This document shows positions 21,092 to 31,809 of a stretch of 64,000 bases of DNA, piece after piece. The stretch is from assembly GCA_049840735.1 (NCBI GenBank), contig JASGJN010000002.1, forward strand, positions 64,001 through 128,000. Direction: 5' to 3'. A program made the position numbers and the translations under genes. How positions within the stretch are numbered: position 1 is the stretch's first letter; every line of letters begins with the position of its first letter. This DNA is from Anaeromyxobacter sp. (GTDB lineage: Bacteria; Myxococcota; Myxococcia; Myxococcales; Anaeromyxobacteraceae). The notes under the pieces were generated by a model. The model had not been told where the DNA came from. It saw only the letters and a program-made list of their open reading frames with translations, and ran no database searches.

Positions 21092-21815
21092 GAGGCGTGC
21101 TCCTGGTGAATGTGGGTGGTCGGAGCCTATGCACGGCCGGTGTCGATTCAACGCCGACGTGCGAGTCGGCTCATGCGGTATTCACGGTCCGTGATCGCGA
21201 AGCTGAAGAATCCGAGAACTTGGATCTCCACTTCGGCTGTCGCACGGAAATCCCTGCGCCGCAGCGTCCACGCGCGGCACGGGGGCGCAGCGCGATCGCG
21301 GCGAGATGCCACCTGGCCGCCAGCCGGATCGACGCTCCGCACGCGTCCGCGATCGTCCCCCGCATCGCCGGCGGCGCAGGCTCAGTTCACTGTACGTCAT
21401 GACCGGTCGCCGGCTCGCGCGCCGCGCCGGACGGCCCGCGCCTCCCGGCTCGACGCTGGGTCCGTCGCGGGGCCCGGCGCGGGCGCCAGGAGGCCTCGCA
21501 GGCCGGGGCCGCCCTTCCCCGCCGCCCAGCCGCGAGCGCCCTCCCCGCCGGTGCTCGCGCTCGACCCTCCGGATCTCGCGGGGATGTGCGAGGTCAGCCA
21601 GCCCCGGGGACCACCTGCCCTGACACGAGCGCACACGCGATCGTCATCTTCGTTCGCGGATTTTTGATCTTTCGGGAACAACGTGGAGCAACGCCTCGTC
21701 CCACCTTCGTCACATCCAACGCGAGGTGTCTCGACGGGGAGCCGGCGCCGCAGGGGCGGGCCGGCAGGGCGGGCGGAGCGCCCTGGTACGCCTCGCGGAG
21801 GATTCACCGGGGAGC

Positions 21816-24800
21816 ATGGCGATGTTTGCGACGAGGCGGATGGCGCTGCTGGCGGGGACGCTGGCGGCGTTGGTCATCACCGGGTGCGGGGGCACCGGGC
21901 AGCAGCAGGCAGCGAGCGAGGAGTCGGAGGGGCCGACGACGGCCGCGGCGGTGACGCTCAACCCGAGCGACACCTACGTGAACCTGTTCAAGTGGCGCTG
22001 GAAGGACATCGCCACCGAGTGCACCAGCTTCCTGGGGCCGCAGGGCTTCGGGGCGGTGCAGATCTCGCCGCCGGCCGAGCACAAGAACGTCAACTACTGG
22101 TGGAACATCTACCAGCCGGTCAACCACCACAACCTGACCAGCGACATGGGCACGCCGGCCGAGCTGCAGACCATGATCGACACCTGCCACGCGGCGGGCG
22201 TCCGGGTCTACGCCGACGTGGTGTTCAACCAGATGTCGGCCGACTCCGGCACGGGCGTGGGGGGCTCCAGCTTCAACGCCTCCACCTTCACCTACCCGTA
22301 CTTCGGCTCGAGCGACTTCCACTCCTACTGCACCATCGACTACTCGAGCGCCAGCAACACCGCCAGCTGCTGGCTGCTGGGCATGCCGGACCTGAACACC
22401 GGCTCGAGCTACGTGCAGGGCCAGTTCGTCGCCTACCTCGACTCGCTCATCGCCATGGGCGTGGACGGCTTCCGCATCGACGCGGCCAAGCACATCCTCC
22501 CCTCCGAGCTGCAGACCATCCTGGCCGCCGCCACGCAGACCACGCTGCTGGGTGAGTCCGTCTTCGTGACCCACGAGGTCATCGAGGACCAGTCCTGGAT
22601 CGACCTCGCCGCCTACCAGGCCAGCGGCACCGTCAACGAGTTCCGCTTCACGCGCGCGGTCCGCGACGCCTTCCGCAACAACGCCCTGGGCTCCGTCACC
22701 ACGTACATGGGCACGGGCTCGGGCGGCGGCACCTACAGCCTGATCACCACCAGCGCCAAGGCCACGGTGTTCGTCAACAACCACGACACCGAGCGCGCCA
22801 CCAGCGACTCGCTCAACTACACCTCCGACTCCGGCGGCAAGTACGACCTGGCCAACATCTACATGCTGGCCCAGCCCTACGGCCGCGCCCAGCTCCAGTC
22901 CGGCTACGCCTTCTCGTACTCCAACACCGACGAGAACGCGCCCACCGGCAGCCCGTACGACTCGAGCGGCAACCCGGTCATCACCACCACCTGCTCCAAC
23001 ACCAGCACCGCCTGCGGCTGGGACTTCGTGCACCGCTGGAGCACCATCTCCCCGATGGTGAAGTTCCGCAGCGCCGCCTCCGGCACCGCGATGACGGTGC
23101 GCTCGACCGGTAACGGCAACCAGCTCGCCTTCAGCCGCGGCAGCGTCGGCTTCGTGGCCCTGAACAACGACAGCTCCTCGAGCTGGACCGCCACCTTCGC
23201 CACCGGCCTCCCCGCCGGCACCTACTGCAACGTCGTCCACGGCGTGCTGAGCAGCGCCGGGACGGCCTGCGCCAGCGACAGCGTGACGGTGGACTCCAGC
23301 GGGAACGCCACCATCACGGTCCCGGTCCGGGGCGGCAGCTCCATCTCGGCGGTGGCCATCTACACCGGCCAGAAGGTCGGCGCGGTCACCACCGCGCCCG
23401 ACGCTCCCACCGGCGTCACCGCCACGGCGGCGTCGTCCAGCGCCATCAACCTGTCCTGGACGGCCTCCAGCGGCGCGGCCTCGTACACGGTCTACCGGTC
23501 CACCTCGGCGTCGAGCGGCTTCGCCGCCCTCGGCACCACCACCAGCACCAGCTACGCCAGCACCGGGCTGTCGTCGGCGACCACGTACTACTACTACGTG
23601 ACCGCCACCAACTCGGTCGGCACCTCGGGCGCGTCCTCCACCGTCTCGGCCACCACCTCGCTCTACTCGGCCAACTACGGCGCGATGTACCTGCGCGGCT
23701 CGATGAACAGCTGGGGCGCGACGGCCATGTCGCTCACCGCCAACAACCTCTGGTCCACCTCGGTGACCCTCACCGCCGGCACGACCTACACGTACAAGTA
23801 CGAGAATCGGCGGCGGCACCACCTGGTCCACGAACTGGGGCCTCGCCTCCAGCTCCACCACCAGCCTCACCTCCGGCACCGGCTCGGCCAGCGGCTACAA
23901 CATCTACTTCACCGCCACCACCTCCGGCGCCCACGTCTTCACCTTCAACGACAGCACGCTGGCCTTCACGGTCTCCGCGCCGTCCAGCGCCCCGTCGGCC
24001 CCGACCGGCGTGAGCGTGGCCACCGTCTCCTCGTCCAGCCTGACCGTCTCCTGGACCGCCTCCAGCGGCGCCACCTCCTACACCGTCTACCGCTCGACCT
24101 CGGCCTCCGGGACCTTCTCGAGCGTCGGCACCGCGACGTCCGCCAGCTTCACCGACACCGGCCTGGCCGCGAGCACCACGTACTACTACTACGTGACCGC
24201 GACCAATTCGGTCGGCACCTCCAGCGCCTCGAGCACCGCCTCGGGCACCACCAGCGCCACGGTCACCGTGCCCAGCGCGCCCACCGGCGTCTCGGTCGCG
24301 ACCGTCTCCTCGTCCAGCCTGACGGTCTCCCTGGACCGCCTCCAGCGGCGCCACCTCGTACACCGTCTACCGCTCGACCTCGGCCTCCGGGACCTTCTCG
24401 AGCGCCGGCACGGCGACCAGCGCCTCGTTCACCGACACCGGCCTGACCGCGAGCACCACGTACTACTACTACGTGACCGCCACCAACTCGGCCGGCACCT
24501 CCAGCGCCTCCAGCACCGCCTCGGGGACGACCGGCGCCACCGAGACCATCACGTACACCGGCGGTTACTCCGCCATGTACCTGCGCGGCACCATGAACTC
24601 CTGGGGCGCCTCCGCGATGACGCTGGTCGCTGATCACACCTGGGCGGTCACGGCCTCGCTGACGGCCAGCACGGCGTACCAGTTCAAGTACGAGATCGGC
24701 GGCGGCTCCACCTGGTCGACCAACTGGGGCAAGTCCTCCAGCTCCACCACCAGCGCGACGGAAGGCACCGCGGTGAAGTCCGGGTCCTACAACCTGTACT

Positions 24801-25213
24801 TCACGCCCAGCACCTCCGGGACGTACACGTTCCTGTTCGACGACGCCACGCTCAGCTGGTGGATCGTCGGCTCCGCGGCCTCCTCCAGCTTCACCGGTAC
24901 CTACTCCGCCATGTACCTGCGCGGCACCATGAACTCCTGGGGTGCCACCGCCATGTCGAAGTGGGCCGACCACCTCTGGCGCACCTCGGTCTCCCTCACC
25001 GCCGGGACCACGTACCAGTACAAGTACGAGATCGGCGGCGGCTCCACCTGGTCCACGAACTGGGGCAAGTCCTCCAGCTCCACCACCAGCGCCACGGAGG
25101 GCACGGCAGCGAAGTCGGGCAGCTACAACCTCTACTTCACGCCCACCGTCACCGGGACCTACGTCTTCCAGTTCGACGAGTCCACGCTCACCTACACGAT
25201 CATCAAGAGCTAG
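21816..25213 (+). CDS. Multidomain GH13 alpha-amylase lipoprotein (catalytic + FN3 + CBM + FN3 x2 + CBM x2); frameshifts ~23805 and ~24331
   Basis: Lipobox VITGC; FKWRWKDIATEC..FLGPQGFGAVQISPP, WWNIYQPV, GFRIDAAKH, HEVIE, FVNNHDTER, LAFSRG..GFVALN (Streptomyces/animal-type amylase pattern). Confidence 0.92.
23682..25213 (+). repeat. Copy 1 of a ~1.53-kb direct repeat (CBM-FN3-FN3-CBM-CBM coding tail)
   Basis: Long near-identical nucleotide stretches shared with 28693-30223. Confidence 0.85.
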
Positions 25214-25224
25214 CAGCCGCTCCA

Positions 25225-25263
25225 CCGTCGTGCGGCCGTGCCTCGGGCGCGGCCGCACGGCGG
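25225..25263 (+). terminator. Strong intergenic stem-loop without a U-tract (stabiliser/attenuator-like)
   Basis: CCGTCGTGCGGCCGTGCC-TCG-GGCGCGGCCGCACGGCGG just after the amylase stop. Confidence 0.5.
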
Positions 25264-25377
25264 ACTTCGTGACGCCGGCCCTCCGGGCCGGCGCCGCCTC
25301 ACCCATTCCATGGCGTCCACCGTGCGCGCGGCGAGGGCCGCGCGCACGGGACGCCCTTGCCTTGCCTTGGAGCGACC

Positions 25378-28300
25378 ATGAGACGAGGAGCGGAGCACCC
25401 GATCACGCTGGCGACCGCCGCAGCCCTGGCGGTGGCCTGCGCGCTGGGCGGCGCGCAGGTGGCGCAGGGCGCCGACATCCCGGCGGCGCACGTCTACCAC
25501 AACCACATGCCCAACTTCTGGCCGTACTACGCCACCAGCGACGCGGCGGTGCTGGCCAAGTACAACGCCCTCTCCACCGGGGCGTCCATCAGCTACACCT
25601 CGGACGGCGACGTCATCGCGCTGAAGCTCAGCCCGCCCTCCGGCTACACCTACTACCTGCCCTCGACGGTCGGCTCCGGCGCCATGCCGCACGACGACCT
25701 GGTCAGCTACTACTCCGCCAACGCGAAGTACGCCTGCTACCAGAGCGGCGGGTGGCCCATGGCCACGGCCGAGCTGCAGTACGCCACCTCCAGGCTCGGC
25801 CAGGTCCACACCACCTTCTCCGGCGCGCTCGCCACCAACGTGAACAACATCGAGCTCACCGCCGGCAGCATCGGGCTTTCGGGGCTCTACACCCAGGGCT
25901 CGAGCTGGAACGCCACCTGGAAGTCCGACTACAACAACCTGCTCACCACCAACGGCTACCGGGTGCTGGACCTGATCCACTTCACCGGCCACCACTCGCT
26001 GGGGCCGCTGGTGGGGCGGGAGTACTTCGAGAAGGACCTGATCGCCCACGCCGCCACCCTGGCGCAGTCCTGGTTCCTCGGCTCCAGCTACCGCTCCTCC
26101 AACGGCTTCTTCCCCACCGAGCTCTCCTTCTCGGAGCGGCTCATCCCCACGCTCTCCAAGCTGGGCATCAAGTGGTCGGTGCTGGGCAACAACCACTTCT
26201 CCCGCACGCTGACCGACTACCCCTACGCCACCTATGACGCGACCGGTGACGCGGCCGACAGCCCGCCCAACAAGGCCGAGCTGCGCAACACCGACCCGTT
26301 CAGCGGCGGGGCCTGGGTGTCGAAGAACATGTACAACAACAGCACCGTCTCGATCGTGAACAAGTACCCGTTCGCCTCGGTGCCGCACAACGTCCGCTAC
26401 GTCGACCCCATGACCGGCGCCGCCAGCGCCGTGGCCGGCATCCCGGTCACCATCAACGGCTCCTGGGAGGAGGGCTACCTCGGCTCGATCACGGTGGGCG
26501 AGTACTCGCCCTACACCACCAGCGCCGCCAACGCCGGGCGGACGCAGTTCTTCGTCATCGCCCACGACGGCGACAACTCCTCCGGGCGCTCGGGCAGCTA
26601 CGACACCTGGCAGGCGGGCGTGACGGTGACCGGCGTGAGCCCGGGGGTGAACCTGGGCGTGGACGAGTACCTCAAGGCCTACCCCATCCCCAGCACCGAC
26701 GTGATGCACGTGCAGGACGGCTCCTGGGGTGACGTGCTCGACTCGTCCGCCAACCCGATGTTCTACCACTGGCACCTGCCGCCCCTCATCTGGGCCAGCC
26801 AGTTCTCCGCCTTCAACACCGCCAAGGGGCTCAGCCTCGCGCCCAAGACCAACCTCAAGGGCGTGAGCGAGGGCGCGACCGTCTCGCTCGAGTACGGCTG
26901 GCACTTCCAGGAGAACATCTTCGCCAAGCTCCAGGCGGCCCTGAACTACGCCGTCACCGCCGAGCAGATCTGGCTCGACAACCACACCAGCCACTGGTCG
27001 CCGGGGAGCACCAGCGCCACGCTCGACCCGCAGATCACCTACGCCGGCAACCAGCTCAACCCCTGGATGATCGCCGCGCCGGTCAAGGGCGACGCCTCCA
27101 ACGGCTATGCGGGCGGCGCGAACCCGGCCGAGCTGGCCTGGTACTTCCTGCTGCCGGCGATGGACTCCGGGTTCGGCTACTACGGCGAGAACACCGACGA
27201 CGAGGTGAAGCCGGCCCTGGCCTTCAACAACTCGCTGGTCTTCTCCAAGCCCTACGTCACCACCAACCTGGCGCAGGACCGGACCGGCCCCTCGGTCTGG
27301 CTGCCGCAGCGCTACCCGTCCAACCCCGGCTCGGTCAACGCCTCCAAGGCCGAGGGCTGGACCACGCAGTGGTTCAGCAACAAGTTCGCGGTCTACACCT
27401 ACGCCTTCGACGCCTCGGGCATGTCCACCGTCAACCTGATGATCCGGCCGCACACCGGCTCGAGCATCAGCAACACGGACGACACGTACAAGGTCTACCA
27501 CCCGGCCGCGCTCTCCGGGACCTCCGGCCTGAGCATCACCACCGCCAACGTCGGCTCGTGGGTGGCCTACCCCATGACCGGGCGTGACCTCACCGCCGAG
27601 ATGAACGGCGTGAGCTGGATCCCGACCGTCCAGGCGACCATGGCGGTGGTGCCCACGACGCTGACCGGCAACCTGTACTACGCCTACCTGGATCAGTACC
27701 GGGGCCAGTACCTCGACTACTACGTCCAGGCCACCGACGCGCTGGGCAACATCACCAGCTCGGACATCCAGCAGGTCTACGTGGGCTACGGCACCTACGC
27801 CGCCGGCGGCAACTCGGGCTACACCGAGAGCGCCAGCGGCACGGTGGCCGGCACCAGCCCGTTCCTGACCGGCACGGTGGCGACCGCCACGGTGGCCATG
27901 CCGGACTTCAACCCGCCCTCCGGCGTCTACTCGTCTGCGAAGTCGGTGCAGATCCTGTCCGGCACCAGCGGCGCCTCGGTCTACTACACCACCGACGGCA
28001 CCACCCCCACCACCTCCTCGACGCTCTACACCGGCCCCGTGACGGTGAGCGCCTCCTCGCTGCTGCGCGCCATCGCCGTCTCCGGCTCGGTGAGCAGCGG
28101 CGCCTCCTCGTCCACGTACATCATCACCGGGACGGTGAGCGTGCCCACCACGCCCACCGGCGTCGCGGCGGTGCCGGCCTCCTCCACCTCGGCCACGGTC
28201 TCCTGGGCCGGCGTCAGCTCGGCCACGTCGTACACCGTCTACCGGGCCAGCAGCTCGAGCGGCACCTACGCCTCGGCGGGCACCACCACCAGCACCAGCC

Positions 28301-30223
28301 TGACCGACAGCGGCCTCACCGCGGGCGGCACGTACTACTACTACGTCACCGCCAGCAACTCGGCCGGCACCTCGGTCGCGTCCTCGGTGGCCAGCGTCAG
28401 CCTGACCGCCCCGGCCGCGCCGACCGGCGTGTCGGTGGCGACCGCGTCGTCCAGCTCCCTCACCGTCAGCTGGACCGCCTCCAGCGGCGCCACCTCGTAC
28501 ACCGTCTACCGCGCGACCTCGTCGGCCGGGACCTACACGGCCCTCGGCACCTCGAGCACGACCTCGTACACCGCCACCGGCCTCACCGCCGGGACGTCGT
28601 ACTACTTCTACGTCACCGCCACCAACGCGGTGGGCACGTCCGCGGCGTCGGCCATCGTCTCGGCGGGCACGGGGTACAGCTCGAACTACAGCGCGATGTA
28701 CCTGCGCGGCTCGATGAACAGCTGGGGCGCGACGGCCATGTCGCTCACCGCCAACAACCTCTGGTCCGGATCGGTCAGCCTCACCGCGGGCACGACCTAC
28801 ACGTACAAGTACGAGATCGGCGGCGGCACCACCTGGTCCACGAACTGGGGCCTCGCCTCCAGCTCCACCACCAGCCTCACCTCCGGCACCGGCTCGGCCA
28901 GCGGCTACAACATCTACTTCACCGCCACCACCACCGGCACCCACGTCTTCACCTTCAACGACAGCACGCTGGCCTTCACGGTCACCGGACCGTCCAGCGC
29001 CCCGTCGGCCCCGACCGGCGTGAGCGTGGCCACCGTCTCCTCGTCCAGCCTGACCGTCTCCTGGACCGCCTCCAGCGGCGCCACCTCCTACACCGTCTAC
29101 CGCTCGACCTCGGCCTCCGGGACCTTCTCGAGCGTCGGCACGGCGACCAGCGCCTCGTTCACCGACACCGGCCTGACCGCGAGCACGACCTACTACTACT
29201 ACGTGACCGCGACCAACTCGTACGGCACCTCCAGCGCCTCCAGCACCGCCTCCGGCACCACCAGCGCCACGGTGACGATCCCCACGGCCCCCAGCACCGT
29301 CTCGGTGGCCACGGTCTCGTCCTCCAGCCTGACGGTCACCTGGACGGCGTCCAGCGGCGCCACCTCGTACACGGTCTACCGCTCGACCTCGTCCTCCGGG
29401 ACCTTCTCGAGCGCCGGCACGTCGACCTCGGCCAGCTTCACCGACACCGGCCTGGCGGCCAGCACGACCTACTACTACTACGTCACCGCCACCAACTCGG
29501 CCGGCACCTCCAGCGCCTCGAGCACCGCCTCGGGCACGACCAGCGCCGCCTCGACCGTCACGTACACCGGCAGCTACTCGGCCATGTACCTGCGCGGCAC
29601 CATGAACTCCTGGGGCGCCACCACCATGTCCCTCATCGCCGATCACACCTGGGCCGGCTCGGCGACGCTCACCGCGTCGACGGCCTACCAGTTCAAGTTC
29701 GAGATCGGCGGCGGCTCCACCTGGTCGACCAACTGGGGCAAGTCGTCCAGCTCGACCACCAGCGCGACGGAAGGCACCGCGGTGAAGTCCGGGTCCTACA
29801 ACCTGTACTTCACGCCCAGCACGGCCGGCACGTACACCTTCATCTTCGACGACTCCACCCTCAGCTACTGGGTCGTCGGCTCCGCGGCCTCCTCCAGCTT
29901 CACCGGCACCTACTCCGCCATGTACCTGCGCGGCACCATGAACACCTGGGGTGCCACCGCCATGTCGAAGTGGGCTGACCACCTCTGGCGCACCTCGGTC
30001 TCCCTCACCGCCGGGACCACGTACCAGTACAAGTACGAGAATCGGCGGCGGCTCCACCTGGTCCACGAACTGGGGCAAGTCCTCCAGCTCCACCACCAGC
30101 GCCACGGAAGGCACGGCGGTGAAGTCGGGCGGGTACAACCTGTACTTCACGCCGACCGTCACCGGGACCTACGTCTTCCAGTTCGACGAGTCCACGCTGA
30201 CGTACACCATCATCGCGAACTAG
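25378..30223 (+). CDS. GH119-like (GH57-related) secreted alpha-amylase with CHB_HEX_C/Fn3-associated domain, FN3 x4 and CBM x3; frameshift ~30040
   Basis: Signal peptide; HVYHNHMPNFW, GHHSLGPL, FFPTELSFSER, AHDGDN motifs; PDFNPPSG..YYTTDGTTPT domain; tail shared with the neighbouring amylase. Confidence 0.75.
28693..30223 (+). repeat. Copy 2 of the ~1.53-kb direct repeat
   Basis: Matches 23682-25213 at an offset of ~5010 bp. Confidence 0.85.
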
Positions 30224-30240
30224 CAGCACCGGCATCGAGC

Positions 30241-30280
30241 GCGGCCCCGCCTGTCCGCAGGCGGGGCCGCTGTTCTTTTT
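30241..30280 (+). terminator. Intrinsic terminator
   Basis: 13-bp stem GCGGCCCCGCCTG-TCCG-CAGGCGGGGCCGC followed by TGTTCTTTTT. Confidence 0.85.
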
Positions 30281-30800
30281 GAAGAGGGGCTGATCCACTG
30301 CTCACGGCATCGCCAGCCAGACCGCGCCGCGAGAGCCCCAGCAAGTCCCGGAGCGCCGCAGGGCGGCCGCGGAGCGAGGACAATCCCGCAGGCCCGCATC
30401 GCCAATCGACCAGGTACGCGCGCGGCCTGGGCCGGCCGGTGCGAGCCGGGCACCCGTCCAAAGGCCGCCGGCCGACCGCCGCATCGAACACGGCTCGGGA
30501 GTGGACCACTCGCTGGTCGGCCTGCGGCCTGCGTTGTGCCCGGCGAGCGCAGAGACGGAGTGAGGCCCGCGCGCGGAAAGCCACGAGCGGCCGGGCCGAG
30601 GACGTCCGAGCGAAGCGGCCGACCGGAGGCGAGGAGGGACGAAGACCGCTGGCGTTCCCCGCGGGGACTACATGCGACCCGCCCCACCCCTAGTGGGTCA
30701 ATGCAAAGCGGAACAAGGACGGCAGCTTCGGCCTCCCTTATCGCCCCGCCCGGCCGTGCCGAAAGCCCCTTGGGGACCCGTGTGCCCCAGGAGACCGACC

Positions 30801-31142
30801 ATGCCCAGCGCGCTCGCCATCGCCCAGACCGGACTGCAGGTGGCGGACATGCAGCTCGCGACCTCCGCCCACAACGTCGCGAACGTGCTGACCGACGGGT
30901 TCGAGCCCAGCCGCGTCGAGCAGCGCGAGCTCGCCGGCGGCGGCGTCACCGGTACGGTGCAGCCCGCCTCCGACCCGGTGGCCGAGTCGCGCGCCGACCA
31001 GGCCATCCTCGCGCCTTCCAGGACGGACATCGCGCAGGAGATCCTGGCCCAGCAGCGTGCGTCGCTCGCCTACCAGGCCAGCGCCGCCACCATCAAGGTC
31101 GCCGAGCAGGCCACCGACGCGCTCATCGAGGCGCTCGGCTAA
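30801..31142 (+). CDS. Short flagellar basal-body rod/hook-like protein (N- and C-terminal rod motifs only)
   Basis: SAHNVANVLTDGF and TDIAQEI..Q..A..AYQAS...IK motifs; SD AGGAG. Confidence 0.75.
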   Translation: MPSALAIAQTGLQVADMQLATSAHNVANVLTDGFEPSRVEQRELAGGGVTGTVQPASDPVAESRADQAILAPSRTDIAQEILAQQRASLAYQASAATIKVAEQATDALIEALG

Positions 31143-31304
31143 GCCTCCGTCAGCATCGCAGCCCGGACGCGCCCCGATCCCTCTCGGGGCGTGTGCGTTT
31201 ACGCCGCCTGATGCGTTGCGTCCCGCCGGCCTCGCGGGCACCATGTCGTGCATTCCGGCGCTGGGGCGCACCCACCGCCGGCTGCCCACGGAGACGGCCT
31301 CGCG

Positions 31305-31715
31305 ATGAAAGAGATCCACTGGAAGAAGGTCTGCTGCCCCGTCGACTTCTCCGCCGAGTCCCACGCCGCCCTGCGCGTCGCCACCGACCTGTGCAAGCGG
31401 TTCGGTGGCGAGCTGACGCTGGTCCACGTGAACGACGCCAGCCACGAGGCGCCGGCTGACGAGCTGGCCAAGCTGGTGGCCGAGGTCCAGAAGGCAGGCC
31501 TGGCCGGCGCCGCCGTCAAGGAGACCGACGGCGATCCCAAGACCGCCATCGCGGAGTACGCCAACCACCACCACTTCGACCTGGTGGTCATGGGCACCCA
31601 CGGCCGCACCGGCCGCGCACACGCGCTGGTCGGCTCGGTGGCCGAGAACACGGTCCGCCGCTCCCGCTGCCCGGTGATGGTGATCCACGCCGACTGGCCG
31701 GGGCTGCATCGGTAG
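31305..31715 (+). CDS. Universal stress protein (UspA family)
   Basis: CPVDFS, LTLVHV, GDP..AI, DLVVMGTHGRTG..LVGSVAE..VR.SRCPV. Confidence 0.93.
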   Translation: MKEIHWKKVCCPVDFSAESHAALRVATDLCKRFGGELTLVHVNDASHEAPADELAKLVAEVQKAGLAGAAVKETDGDPKTAIAEYANHHHFDLVVMGTHGRTGRAHALVGSVAENTVRRSRCPVMVIHADWPGLHR

Positions 31716-31726
31716 CGACGCCTGGC

Positions 31727-31776
31727 CTTCGACTCCGGGGCCGCCTCACGGCGACCCCTACGCTCAGGCCGAACGG
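31727..31776 (+). repeat. REP-like palindromic element, copy 1
   Basis: CTTCGACTCC-[hairpin]-CTACGCTCAG-NNN-GAACGG, shared with 43990 and 61125. Confidence 0.7.
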
Positions 31777-31809
31777 ACCGAAAGGACCTTCGGCCTGGGC
31801 GCTTGGCCC

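Noticed and set aside
25210..30162. 1650-aa minus-strand ORF
   Set aside because: Mirror frame of the GH119-like gene with no recognisable motifs.
30290..30690. Short ORFs in the gap after the terminator
   Set aside because: No codon bias or motifs; left unannotated, though a decayed gene cannot be excluded.
30695..30740. Possible c-di-GMP-I riboswitch upstream of the flagellar-like gene
   Set aside because: Only a loose GCAAA..GGAC resemblance; no GNRA-capped P2 stem or proper pairing found.
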